From the human T2T-CHM13v2.0 reference genome, Homo sapiens, in NCBI RefSeq assembly GCF_009914755.1, contig NC_060934.1: 64,000 bases of DNA. One strand, written 5' to 3'. A model generated the notes under the pieces. The model was not told the DNA's origin and searched no databases. It was given only the letters and a program-made list of their open reading frames with translations. A program made the position numbers and the translations under genes. Shown here piece after piece: positions 12,486 to 28,923 of the stretch; positions within the stretch are counted from its first letter, which is position 1, and each line of letters begins with the position of its first letter.

Positions 12486-14004
12486 AGCTCTCTCCAATTC
12501 CATAAGACTATGATTATACAATGCAATTACTGTAGAGAATAGACAGGGCCTGAAAAAACACTTCTACTAACATGCTAACACCAAGTGCCTGATCTTTAAA
12601 ACACTCAAAGACCAAAGGCACGAAAGGCACACCTGTCATGGGTGCCAGGCAGGGCACCTCGGCCAGAGGAAGGAAGACCTGGGTCACTTTCTCCTCACCC
12701 TGAGCAGCCCAGTCTCAACGAACTAACTGAAGCTTGCTGAAACAGGCCACTGCTGTGCAGCCCCACTGGAGACACCAGATACAGGTGGCTCCAGGCTGCC
12801 AGCTCCGGTTTGGGAAGGTCAGACCTGAACAGACCTACGCCAGTCGTCACTCCTGTCCAGCTGCCCAAAGGCAGGTGGGCGAGCAGCCAAGGCACTCGCA
12901 TCACTCTCTCTACGCCCACCAGCTGTGCCAGCTGTGTGGGTTTTCCATTATTTGATTCATAAAATAAACTGAAAGCTCCAAAACAGCCAGGGTTCCAGGA
13001 CCTAAAAATGCCACATTGTAGTGAGCAAGTCACCGTCTTCGCTCCCCAGATGGCTCAGCATGAACCCCTCAATTATGGACCCTACAAGGCCTGGTTGCTG
13101 TCAGTAATCAGAGGCCTGGCTGTGGATCTTCCCACCTGTTCCCTGATAACAGGAAAACATGAGCTGAAGAGTGGTGTTTTCACCTGGGTAAATTAGGCAG
13201 ATTTAAAATTTCAAAGCTGTAGTCTCTTAAGTGTTTAGTACTTTTCTTATTGTAGATTTAAATCTACAGTGAAAACGCCTCTCTGTGGAATTTTCATGGA
13301 GCAACAGCCAAATGAGCCAACCAGCACATGCAGGGCAGCTCCCCAAGATCTGGCCGCCGGGAGCTCTGCGGACAGATGGAACCCACTTCGGGGACATCTT
13401 GTGGTGCTTTTCACACAGATGCTGCTTGCTCAAGTAAAGCCCTAATCAGTCACTTTAATGTGAATCTGAACATCACATTAGCAAACGTCCCGACTCTTGA
13501 AGGGACACAGGTGAGGGGCAGAGGTGGGGCGACATCAGCTTCTGCAGCAGGAAGGCGGCTCTGCTGAGCCAGGAAGTGCCGGGCCGAGGCAGGAGAACAC
13601 GCGTGACTGTCACAAGACGGAGGAACGGCTGAGGCCAGTCGCTCATGGCTGTGGGTGGAATGCTGACCTCAGGCCAGGAGCCAACCTTTCGCTAAACCCT
13701 GCCCTGGTAGTGTCCGCCCGTGATTTAATCCCCCAAATGATAAAATCATACACATAAGAAGATCCCAAAAAATAAGGAAGAGACTGAAAACCACAGGAGC
13801 AGCAGGCCTGGGAGGATGCGGCTGCTATTCAGCCAAGGTGAGGCTGGGCCTGCTGCTCCTCCGCACGTGTAGAGTGCCCCCCGCGGCCCCGTCAGACGCC
13901 AGCCCTCAGCACAGCTCTGCCCAGCCCTGGCCAGTGTGCTCAGAACAGCACTTAACCATGTCTCACCCTACACACCCATGTGGGAGGCAGCCCAGTGGAG
14001 TCTT

Positions 14005-14225
14005 CAACACACATACGTGCCCAGGTACACACGCGCCCAGGTACACACGCGCACACACTCACATACACACACACACACTTAACACTCTCACACGCGCCCA
14101 TGCACACACGCGGATGCGCACACTCAGCGCACACACACACACACGCCCACGCACACACACGTCCCCACACAATACACAGACACTCAACACTCACACACAC
14201 GTGCCCACAGGCGCGCACACACACT
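14005..14225. repeat. Imperfect (CA)n / purine-pyrimidine alternating tract
   Basis: Directly visible. Confidence 0.9.
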
Positions 14226-14804
14226 CAACAAAGAAAGGGACCAGACAGATGGACCCTGCACACAGCACCTGAAGCAAAGGGCTGCGGGTCCTCAGTGGGC
14301 CTCACGACCTCTGCCGGTGACCCAAGGACGGGACCCGGCTGCACCTGGACTAGTGGCTTTCCTGACTCACAGGCCTCAGTCCTCTGTCCTTGGAAAGGTG
14401 GCGTCGGCCTCAGTCTGGCTGGATCTGAGGCCAACTCCGGGAAACAGGTGCTACATCTCAGGAAAGTGAATAAAAAGAATCCTCCCAGGATGCATTCAGA
14501 AAACTAGGTTCTCATCAGGGTCTTTATTCGAAGACACTTCTAGCGGCTGTAGGACTGGCAGATGGAAGCAATATTAGGATTCACATACTTAACTACACGA
14601 ATATGCTCATCTGACCTCACTTTGACTTGCACCATAGCCAACAGATTCTTTCAGTTAAAAATAAGAAAAGTTCTCTAAGACCAATAAGCTGCTACTTTCT
14701 AAAGGCACACTTCTGAAAGGATGGCACCCAAATGGCCAACAGGTCCATGAAAAGGTGCTCCACATCACTAATCATCAGGGAAACGCAAATTAAAACCACA
14801 GGGA

Positions 14805-15150
<346 letters not shown>

Positions 15151-15516
15151 AACCCACAAGGAGACATCACCTCACATTTCTTGCACTGGTTACAACGTGT
15201 TTATCAAAAAGAGGAAAAATACCCGTTGATGAGGATGCAGAGAAAAGAAAACCCTTGCACGCTATTGGTGGGAATGCAAATTAGCACAGCCATTATGGAA
15301 AATGGTATGGAGATTTCTCAAAAACCTAAATATAGAACTACCATATGATCCAGCAATCTTGCTACTGGGTATTGGGCCAAAGGAACTGAAATTGATCAGG
15401 AATCCAGATTATCGGCATCCCTACATTCACTGGAGTGTTATCCACAAGGGTCAAGAAGACAAATCAACCACAGTGCCCAAAGACCCACGAATGGATGCAG
15501 AGCAGGCAGAGCCGGC

Positions 15517-16310
15517 ACACTGGGCGCTATTCAGCCTTCAGCGAGGAGGGAAGCCGGGCCTGTGCTGAACCGGAAGGACATTACGTCACACAGTGGGCGC
15601 TATTCAGCCTTCAGGGAGGAGGGAAGCCTGCTCTGTGCTGAACTGGAAGGACATTATGGCACACAGTGGGTGCTATTCAGCCTTCAGCGAGGAGGGAACC
15701 CTGCCGTGTGCTGAACCAGGAGGACATTACATCACACAGTGGGTGCTATTCAGCCTTCAGCGAGGAGGGAAGTCTGCCGTGTGCTGAACCGGAAGGACAC
15801 TATGCCACACAGTGGGCGCTATTCAGCCTTCAGGGAGGAGGGAAGCCTGCTCTGTGCTGAACCAAAGGACATTACGTCACATAGTGGGCGCTATTCAGCC
15901 TTCAGACAGGAGGGAAGGTGACCGTATGCTGAACAGGAAGGACATTATGCCACACAGTGGGCGCTATTCAGCCTTCAGGGAGGAGGGAAGCCTGCCACAT
16001 GCTGAACCGGAAGGACGCTAGGCCACACAGTGGGCGCTATTCAGCCTTCAGGGAGGAGGGAAGCCTGCCACATGCTGAACAGGAAGGACGCTAGGCCACA
16101 CAGTGGGCGCTATTCAGCCTTCAGGGAGGAGGGAAGCCTGCTCTGTGCTGAACCGAAGGACATTACCTCACACAGTGGGCGCTATTCAGCCTTCAGACAG
16201 GAGGGAAGGTGACCGTATGCTGAACAGGAAGGACACTGTGCCACACAGTGGGCACTATTCAGCCGTCAGTGAGGAGGGAAGCCTGCCGTATGCTGAACCA
16301 GGACATTAGG
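15517..16310. repeat. 73-bp VNTR, about 11 copies, inside the L1
   Basis: ORF starts 15593, 15666, 15739 and 15812 are spaced 73 nt apart. Confidence 0.95.
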
Positions 16311-16402
16311 CTGCCGGAAATAAGCCAGGCACAGAAAGACCAAGGCTACATGAGCTCATTTACACGTGGCATTTAGCAGTGAATAGAATGGTGACCACGA
16401 GG

Positions 16403-16480
16403 GCTGGGGGGGAGGGAGGAGTTGGGGGAGGGAGGAGTTGGGGGAGGGAGGAGATGGGGGGGAGGGAGGACATGGGGAGA
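16403..16480 (+). repeat. Short G-rich tandem (gggggagggaggagtt), about 4 copies, G-quadruplex-competent
   Basis: Multiple runs of 3 or more G with short loops. Confidence 0.75.
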
Positions 16481-18523
16481 TGTTGGTCAGAAGAGACAAA
16501 GCCTCAGATTGGAGGAAGAGGTTTTGAGATCTATTGCAGAGCAGGGTAACTATAATAAATGAAAATGTAATCTACATTTCAAAATAACCAAGAGTATATT
16601 CCAAATGTCTTACCATAAAAAATGAGAGGTAAGCAAGGTGACAGATATGTTAATCAGTTTGATAAACATTCCACGTCGTATGCATATATCAGAACATCAC
16701 ACTCTACCCCATAAATGTATATAATTATAACTTGTCAGTTAAAATAATATTTAAAAAGTAAAATCAAGTCACGGTGTCTTTAGACCTGAGAGGCTCGGCC
16801 TCAGGGGAGGGTCTCTGTACTTCACCTGTGAAATCACTTGTGGCTTCCCTAGCATTCTATCCCATGACCACTGGTTGGCACAGTAAAGGTTTCTAAATGC
16901 CTTGTTAAGGTCTGTGCGTTCTCCACAGCTTTCTGCAAAGCCTGAGGCATCTGTAGGCAAAGTCACCTCAGGGTTATATTGGCACAGAGAGGGCAAGACA
17001 GGAATGTCAGCCCTTTCTTCTGAGAGGGGTTTTGGTGCTTGGTGATAAAACCATAGCCACAGAGGGCCCCTCCCTATGTCCTGGAGGTGAGGGACAGGCA
17101 GGGGATCTTTCCTGTCCCCGTGTCCTCATCACATGCACAGGTTACAGTCACTGACACGTAAGTCCCCAGGGACCTCCCAGCGTGAGAAGTCCTGGCCTCC
17201 TGAAATGTCCCCACACTGTTCTCCTGCTATGCTCCCTGCCCTCGGACCACAGAGAGTCCCCCCGAGATGCCCCTCATCCCCATGTGGACCCTGCCCTGTG
17301 CACAGTGAACGTGCAGCCTCTACTCGGGTACAAGGGGCTCTCAGCTGAGGGGGACTGTTGGGTCCTCCTGTGGGAGAGGAAAACTGTCCTCTTCCTCCAT
17401 CATCACTGCCACAGCTTCCCAGCCACGTGGCCTTGGAAAGATTTCTGATTTGTTCAAAACGTACGGTTTATGTCTCTACTACCATTCAAAGGTACTTAAT
17501 TCATTATTTCAAAGCATCTTAAATGTGTTACAGTGAAACGTTTCATGGCTGAAATAAATGCCACCTTGGTATTTGGAGCTATGCCTAGGATTTGAGATAA
17601 TAGGATGGCATTTCTGCCAACCTGAGAGCAGCACTCCAACATGCTCAGGAAAACCACCTCCCCCCTTTATCCAAATCATTTTCCTCTACAAACCAGCCTG
17701 GACTGGAGGACACCAGGCTATACACTTTAACATGGATAAATACAAATTATTAAAGTGAAGAAAAGAATAATTGTTACGAATAACAATGATAAATGTTTTG
17801 TGTCTGGTTATTGAACCATCACCATATGCTCATGCCTACAAGTTCCTGCAAATCATCATTTCACTGTCGCTTAGAGACCTCAGAGCATGTCCAGAGAGCC
17901 CCTAACCATGGACATGAACATCAGCTGAAGAGAAGCCTTGTAAACTCCTCACTAGATCCCAGGACTGGGGTTAACTATAGTACTGAGGCTGTCATGTAAG
18001 CATGACTGGAGTCCTCCAGTCCTTCCACTTTTCTCACCTGTTGTGAAGACCATGGGACCCAGGGGATGAGAAAGCACCTCACGGGAAGTCTGAGCTGTCT
18101 GATGCACACGTGGAGTGCTGGCTGCAAATCCGGTGGGGGGGAAACTGGCATTCTCCCATAGCAGCTACCACAGACTCCCCTGCCTCTGCCAGACACGAGC
18201 ATACTCAGGAGGCCAAGCATGAACCTCCTGGCTTTGTACATAGGAAATGAAAATAGCAATCATCTTTCCTGTTTCCAAAAGGAACCCCGTGTTCTCTCCC
18301 TTCCCATCCAAGGGGAAGTTTGAAATGCAACCATGTAACTGGCACAGACTCTGAAGAGATACCCACGTGGCAGATGGTTTTCTTAAATATTGAGTCAACA
18401 AACTTTAATGTTGGAGTAGCCACAAAGACAGCTGAAGTTTCTTTGCCTGGGCTACCTGTGATTGTTGCCTTTTAGAGCTGGAAGAGTCACCCACACTGTG
18501 CACACATTAAAGATGTGCTAAAG

Positions 18524-18917
<394 letters not shown>

Positions 18918-19056
18918 CTACACGACTGGCCGCCTACAGGGAGCAGCAGCGTGACCTGCACTGCAGCCGCCCCACTTCATGTCTCTTACAGTTACCGTAA
19001 CTGCTTTACAGAAGAACAAACCATCCACATGGACTAAAACCTTACATTGGTATGAG

Positions 19057-19915
19057 CGTAAGCCAAAAATAAAATTCTAAGCCCCTCAACCAACTGAAGA
19101 GACCTCTTCCCTCAGCCAAGGACATTCCAAAGTTAACCTGAAAAACCAGTTCAGCCATGATGGGAAGGAGGGGTCGGACATGCCCCCCTTACTCCCTCAT
19201 CCTCTGTTTGAAATTCAGACACAGTTGACCAGCAATGGCATTAAAACAGACACCTCCAGACTGACAAAGCTGACTCTCTGGAGCAATAAGATACCAACAT
19301 GACAAATAGCAGGCCCTGAAAGAAATCGAAGTATTTTACCTCAAAATATATTTCTTTGACATAGTTTGAAATAGCCCTATAAAGCTCTCTCTTGTGGGGA
19401 AAATCTACATTCTGTAGACAATCTCCTTCCCTTTCCAGGTCCTTTTCCTGATCCAGGGGAGAATTAACTAAGAGTCTGGCACATTTTTAAGTCTGATAAG
19501 AACCATTTACACCTATTCTCTCTGAAGCCTGCTGCCTGGAGGCTTCCTCCACATAATAAAATCCTTGGTCTCCACAACCCCGAACCCTAAGACACTGGCT
19601 TCTATTGATTTCAGGGCTTTAGATAAACTCTTTCAACCAACTGCCAATCAGAAAATCTTAGAATCCACCTGTGACCTGGAAGGCCCCCACTGCGGCTTCA
19701 AGCTGTCCCACCTTTCTAGACCAAATGAACATATGTCTTACATGTATTGCCTAATGTCTCATGTGTCCCTAAAATGTACGAACCCAAAAGCTGCAGCCGG
19801 ACCACCCTGGGCACACGTTCTCAGGACCTCCTGAGGCTGTGGCATGGCCACGTCCTCAACCTTGGCAAAATAAAATTCTAAATTGAAACCTGTCTCAAAT
19901 ACTTTTTGATTGACA
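19057..19915 (+). mobile_element. MER4-group ERV1 solo LTR
   Basis: Starts (t/c)gtaagccaaaaataaaattctaagcccc, ends cttggcaaaataaa...tactttttgattgaca. Confidence 0.8.
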
Positions 19916-20384
19916 ACGCACATTAATTTCTTTACATTGGATTAAACAATAATTACAATGGCAAGTTTAGTAGCTTATTTTCATTATAGAATAAAACCTG
20001 ACAAATCATAGGTCAACCTTGGACTGGATGTCAAAACACCTGAACAAAAGCAGCATCCACCACCCTTCAAAATAATAATTAAAAAAAACTATCATTTACC
20101 CCAATTCTAGTGCACATGACACCAAGGAACAAGATTCTCAAACACCCTTGCTTTACTGACCAAGAGGCTGCTGATCCACGTTTGACCCCAAAGCAAGCTG
20201 TGCTCCACCTCCAGGACGCCCATCCCAGGCTGCAGGGCCCACTAGCGACCGCATCCCTTATCGAGGCAACCGAAGGAAACCCAGGGCCCCAGAAACAGCG
20301 AGGAGACCCTCACCCAGCCGGGATACAGCCACCGTGAAAGCCATCTCACTCAGCGAGAAACCGAGCAAAGGGCGCATTCCTTAC

Positions 20385-20495
20385 CTTCCTGGTGAGTGGC
20401 ACCTCGATGGGCACGGGGACCACCTCGGCCAGCAGGCAGCCGTAGAAAGCCGCCATGAAGGCAGCCGGATCATTGTTGGGGAACACCAGTGCCAC
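20385..20495 (-). CDS. DIP2C: DIP2C coding exon 10 (111 nt, phase 0-0): VALVFPNNDPAAFMAAFYGCLLAEVVPVPIEVPLTRK
   Basis: Acceptor CTGTCCCACAG|GT, donor AAG|GTAAGG. The sequence resembles an adenylation domain. Confidence 0.96.
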
Positions 20496-20869
20496 CTGTG
20501 GGACAGGCCAGAGCGGGTCAGCATTAACGTGGGGTCCTGGCTTCCTAAGACGCCACGGAAGAGCTTGGTTCTAGGTGAGAGGGCACGCTTCAGTGAGAAC
20601 CAGATCCTATGTAAAATGCATTTCAGTAAGCTGTGTTTTAATAAGCATCACACACCCGGCCTTGAATTCATATAGAAGACAAACATGAACAGTCGTCTAT
20701 GATACTGTCACCAGAGTACAACTGCCTTTATTTTCTGCATACTACCTTCCATACCCACACGTTTCCACATAGATGAAGTTATATCCTACTGTTTCTCACT
20801 AAGCTTTGTAAATACTTCCTTGTATTTCTATACAGTCTTCATAACTGTCCTGGGACAGCATGTGCAGGA

Positions 20870-21100
20870 CTCAGCTCAGATCCCATGGCAGTGTTTGGCT
20901 CTGGGATCTCAGGCACAATTGTGGCCTCTCTGAGCCTTAGTGTTCTTCTCTGAAAAGTGAGAATAATGATAGAGCTGATGTCTTAATGCGGTGGTCAAGG
21001 TCAAATGAGAGAATGCACATAGAGAACTCAGTGGGCTGCTTCACACATGGCGTGAGTTCGTGGAGGCTGACTATGAGTAAAGCCCAAGTTACTGGCACTA
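20870..21100 (+). mobile_element. MIR fragment
   Basis: cctctctgagccttagtgttcttctctgaaaagtgagaataat...aaatgagagaatgca. Confidence 0.65.
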
Positions 21101-21326
21101 GGGCTGGTGGCAGCATCAGTCCCCTGGTGCCACACACGTGCATGTGTTGTGGGCCCTGGCCCTGCAGCAGTCTTCCCTGTGTAGCTGCCTGGATGTGGCA
21201 CCAACCCATCCTGCCAGCTCAGCCTCTCTTAAGAACTAAGTTCCTAAGAGTAGAATTATCAGAGTTCTAAAAGTGTGGTTAATGTAAATTACCAAGTAAT
21301 ATTGGTACCTACTAATAGATATTATG

Positions 21327-21600
21327 ATTTTTTTTCTAAAGAAACAAGTTCACTCTATTACCCAGGCTGGAGTGCAGTGGCACAATCATAGCTCACTGCA
21401 GCCTTGAACTCCTGGGCTCCAGTGATCCTCCTGCCTTACAGGTGAGCACTACTGCATGCAGCTAATTTTTAAAAAATATCTTTAGATGGGGTCTCGTTAT
21501 GTTGCCCAGGCTGGCCTCAAACTCCTGGCCTCAAGCGATTCTCCTGCCTTGGTCCCCGCAAAGTGTTGGGATTACAGATGTGAGCCACTGTTGCCTGGCC
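21327..21600 (-). mobile_element. AluJ element (internally deleted)
   Basis: cccaggctggagtgcagtggcacaatcatagctcactgcagcc...gagccactgttgcctggcc. Confidence 0.9.
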
Positions 21601-21748
21601 AGTATGTTTTCTGATGGTCCTTAACAGTATGGTGTATCTTGACGAAGAACAATTTTCCTTCGATGATAGAGTGTTAATAGACAACCCTATTTCTGGATTC
21701 CCACTAAGCCCTGTGAACTCTGCTTCTATTTTAACACAGGTTACTTGT

Positions 21749-24413
<2,665 letters not shown>

Positions 24414-26129
24414 CTCATTCTTGAAGTTAAACAATTTTTTATGAAAAATGTCCTAACTGGAAGTAATTTCATCACGAACAGTTTTAGACAAACATCCTAA
24501 TCATCTGTGTATCTAAGTAAGCAGGCTGACATAAAAGCATCCAGATGGTCATTGAGAGGGGAGCAGGCCATGCTGGAAAGGTCGGAATGCAGGATCACTG
24601 GCAGACACAAAATTAAGTTGTAGATTCTATGAATATATGAATATTTCCTTTCTGTATGGAATTTCTATAGTCCACTACAATTTGCTAAGAGAGATTAGAA
24701 AGGGAATAAAATTATTTGTACATCTATGCGGATAAGCCACAACCAATTATTTCTTCAAACTATCCGAGGTTTACACTAGGCATGAGTGTCATGTGACGGA
24801 CTGAGAGCTGATGGCATGTTTTTCAGATCTTGATATGGTGAACAAACAGTATTCAGTTAAATGTTTGTAAGATTTCCACATTACCACTGCTGTACAACTT
24901 CTTCCCCTAAGGCGGACCAAAAAACACCAGGAAACGTTAGAAAATTCAGATGTTGAAGTTCCATCCAAAACTGATGGTTGCACCCATTCATGAGAACATG
25001 TTCAATTCTGACTTGTTAATCTTCCCAGAATACCAGCTCTGGAGGCAGAGTCTTCACCAAGGGCAGACAGCTGAGACGGAGAGGATGCGTGTCATCCCCA
25101 CGGCCAGACGGCGATCAGCCCTCTCCCGAGAAGCACCTCGTGTCTGCCTCCTCTCCCAGCTCCTGTTGCCTCTGCTCAAAGGAAGTTCTTCTTTATCAGG
25201 GGTTTAAAATTCTCACTGATTTATCACTAGAGTTAATGCTGAAAATTTCATATTATAGACCACTGCAGAGTTGTACTGAAATGTGGTATAACAAAGTTAA
25301 TAAAAGCAGAATATAAAATTGTACATTATTGTACACACACAACAATACAAGTAATGGATAGAAAAGGGTAAAATACTTAAAGGCTCTTTTAGCATCAAAA
25401 CTGAAAATTTTTTTGCAATTTGTTTTAAGGAAGAGAACGTTGTACTTACATCATTTTTGTTAGGCATTCCTTCAGTATTTGAATCAGTCACAAATCCTGT
25501 TGTATTGCTACCTCCATAGTGATCCCAATACAATACTGGACAAATACAAAGACGCTCGATTTTTGTAAACCCACATGGCTTCCCTCCGTTCAATCCTCTG
25601 TGTACTTCTTTGATACTTCACTGTACCTAATTATTCACACAGCAGGCATCAGCCGATCAGGAGACACACACTCAACTCTTCAGGGGAGCAAAGGCCTTTC
25701 CGGCTGAAGGATTCCCAGCTCCCCTCCAGGGCTCCTCACACAGCCGGCCCTGCTGTCCAGGCGAAAGGCTTCAGCACCTTCCACGCTACTTCCTGGAACC
25801 CGCCCAAGAGCTACCGGCTCATCTTTTCTCCTCGAGAGCCCTTCTCAGATAATCTTTCCTCAGAAAAATTTTAGAAAAGTAGCGCCTTCACCCCTGACCC
25901 AACCAAGCCAAACCAATCCCTGCCCAAAATAAGCCTCTTTACATATTTCATCAAACCGTGCTCCCGTATCTCTACTGACATCTTAGAGGAACACAGGAGT
26001 TTATTTTGTGATTATTATCATATGGAAACTTCAAGTATCTGGAGGCCATACTATGAAAGAATTTTTAAAACAACTCTTAAGACTACAAACCACATTACAG
26101 ATAAAGGAGCTATTCCATTACAATTAACG

Positions 26130-28290
26130 TTTCATTATGTGGTAACACAAAATTTACGATTCTAACAATTTTTACACGTAGAATTCAGTAGCATGAAGCA
26201 CAATCACAAGGTTATACAACTGCCACCACCAGCCATCTCTAGAACTTTCTCATCTTCCCAAATGGAAACTCTGTCCCTATTAAACACGAACTTTGCATTC
26301 CTCTCCCCCAGTCCCTGGCACCTAACCTTTCTGCTTTTGTTTCTCTACAGCTGGACTACTCTAGGGATGTCATGAAACCACTCTTGTGAAAATGATAACT
26401 GAGGAAATTATGACACTGAAAGGGATCAGACCTAACCAACTCCATCTTGCTTCTAACCTTTAAGCTGTCCCTTGTTCAATCCTGGGTGGAGAACAAACTA
26501 ACCTTGGGAAGGAATTCAGTTCATAGTTTGACTCTGAAACAAAACTGGTAATAGCCCTTTCCCGAAATTACCCCTTTCTTGCTTGGGGACCAGTCTGCCT
26601 TTGTAGGACTAACAAATTAGCTACAAGATTAGAAATTACTGCATGACCCTAAAGGGGTCATGCAGCCTCTGGCTCCAACAGTCTGAATCTCCCCAGATTG
26701 CTCCTGGGGATAACATCACTATCATAAAACCTAAGATCAGTGCTGGAGGTATTCTGCAGACCCTGCACTGGATGGAGCAGCTGACACCACCCAGACAGGT
26801 CATCTGGCTCAACCAGTTCTGCGAACCCACCCAGGAACAGAAGACAGCAGGAAAAACTCAGTTCGACCCCCTACGATCCCATCTCCAACCTGACCAATCA
26901 GCACTCCCCACTTCCCAAGCCCTCACCCGCCAAGTTATCCTTAAAAACTCTGAACGATCCTCAAACACTTGGGGAGACCGATTTGAGAAATAATAGAACT
27001 CCAGTCTCCCGCACAGCCAGCTCTGCGTGAATCACTTTCTCCATTGCAATCCCCGTCTAGACAAATCGGCTCTGGCCAGGCAGCGGGCAAGGTGAACTGT
27101 TGGGTAGTTACGCTCGCAGGAACGGAATCACGCAATACCTGTTTTGTGTCTGGCTTACTTTACTAGGCATAGTATCTGCAAGGTTCATCCATGTGTTATG
27201 TGTCAGAACTTCCTCCCTTCTAATGGGAAATCCACATCTAGTCCGTGGATTTGGGGTTGCTTCCACCATTTGGTTGTGTGAGTCGGCTGCTATGAGCCTG
27301 AGTGTACTCATCTCTCTCCTAGACTCTGTTTTCAATCCTTTTGGGTACACACCCCGAAGCAGAACTGCTGGATCACACAGTAATTCCATGTTTAATTCTT
27401 TGAGGGACTGTCACGTTTTTCGGAGAGGCTGCACCATTTTACACTGTCACCAGCAATGCGCAAGGGTTCCGACTTCCCCACATCCTTGCCAACACGTGCC
27501 CTTTTCAGTAGTTTAGTAATTGCCGTGCTTCTCGGTGTAAAGCAGCATTTCACTGAGGTTTTGCTTTGCTTTTCCCTGATCAAGGATGCTGAGCATCTTT
27601 TCATGTGTTTATCGGCCACTGCTAAATCTTTGGAGAAACGTTTACTCAAGTCTCTGGCCCATTTAAACGTTTTTGTTGTTGTTGCTTTTTTTGGTGGTGG
27701 TGACTTGTAGGAATTCTTTAAATATTTTAGATATTAATCTCTGTTGGCAAATAATTTGCATTTTCTCCCATTCTGTAGGTGGCCTTTTCACTCTCTTGAT
27801 AGTACTCTTTGATATACAAACATGTTTAATGTAAATGTCCAATTTATTTATTTTCCTTTTGTTGCCTGTGGTTCGGGTGCCACATCCAAGAAACTGTTGC
27901 CAAATCCAGGGTCATGAGGTGTCTTCTCTATATTTTCTTCTAAGGCATTTTCTTTATGTTTTCTTCTAGGTTTTGGCTTTAGCTCTTACATTTAGGCGTT
28001 TGGTCCATTTTGAATGAATTTTTTGCATATGATGTTAGGTAAACATCCGCCTTCATTCTCTTGCAGGTGGATGTCCAGTTTTCCCAGCACTGTGTGTTGG
28101 AAAGGCTGTCCTTTCCCCGTTGAGTATCTTGGCACCTGTGGAAATCACTTATCCATATACATGAGGGTTTATCTCTGGGCCCTTTATTCTGTTCCACTGG
28201 TGTATGTGTCTGTCTCTAAGCCAGTACCACATTGTTGTGATTATTATAAGCTTTGTAGTAAATTTTACGATCAGGAAATATGACACCTAC
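26130..28290 (-). mobile_element. L1MB-type element interrupted by an LTR
   Basis: Antisense L1 3' motifs (catcttcccaaatggaaactctgtccc, gcaccattttacactgtcaccagcaatg, tttatctctgggccctttattctgttccactgg). Confidence 0.82.
26372..27112 (+). mobile_element. LTR8-like ERV1 solo LTR nested in the L1
   Basis: Starts tgaaacc..., contains aaccaactccatcttgcttctaacct, ends gggcaaggtgaactgttgggtagttac. Confidence 0.8.
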
Positions 28291-28831
28291 AATTTACTTT
28301 TAAAAGAGGCCAAACGTGTTCAATAAAAAATGGGAAAGAATCCCAGGCCACGGTCTCCTGGAGCTGCTGCAATCTGTTGAACATGCCCACAGCAGACTCA
28401 TGCCTTTATAGTATTGCTTAAGTAATCAAAGCTCATGCTCTTGTTGGTTTATGGAGCTCTAAATGATGTCTTTATGTAATTCACTTGGAGTCCTTTAGGT
28501 AGGATAACCTAATCTTGGGGGCATCTAAAGCACATAGGTAAAAAGGCTCTACACATAAATGCAAGAAAACCAGCTTCTATACCAAGCTCCACATCTAAAC
28601 TGGGGCATAAAGCATGGACAAGACCATTACCTGCTCAGGATGTAATGTTAGAATGGAGACACCATTAATAGTATCTGTCCTGTGTAACTTACCAGGTAGC
28701 AGTTAAGAATAAAAACTTGCTTTCCAATAGAAAGTGGAGGTGGCGCTGAACTCTGTAATGTTTAAACAGTGGGCACCTTTTCCCACAGGACTCTTGTGTT
28801 TTGTAGATCCAGCAGTTTAAGTTGCACTTAC

Positions 28832-28923
28832 CCTATCTCCAGGCCGGACCATGGGTTCCTGCTTTGTGCCTAATTTGTGTAGAATGCTGTAAGCGACCTT
28901 CATACTTCTTGTCCACAGCTTGC
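28832..28923 (-). CDS. DIP2C: DIP2C coding exon 9 (92 nt): GKLWTRSMKVAYSILHKLGTKQEPMVRPGDR
   Basis: Acceptor ATTCATAG|GC, donor AGG|GTAAGT. Phase 1 to 0 is consistent with neighbours. Confidence 0.95.
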
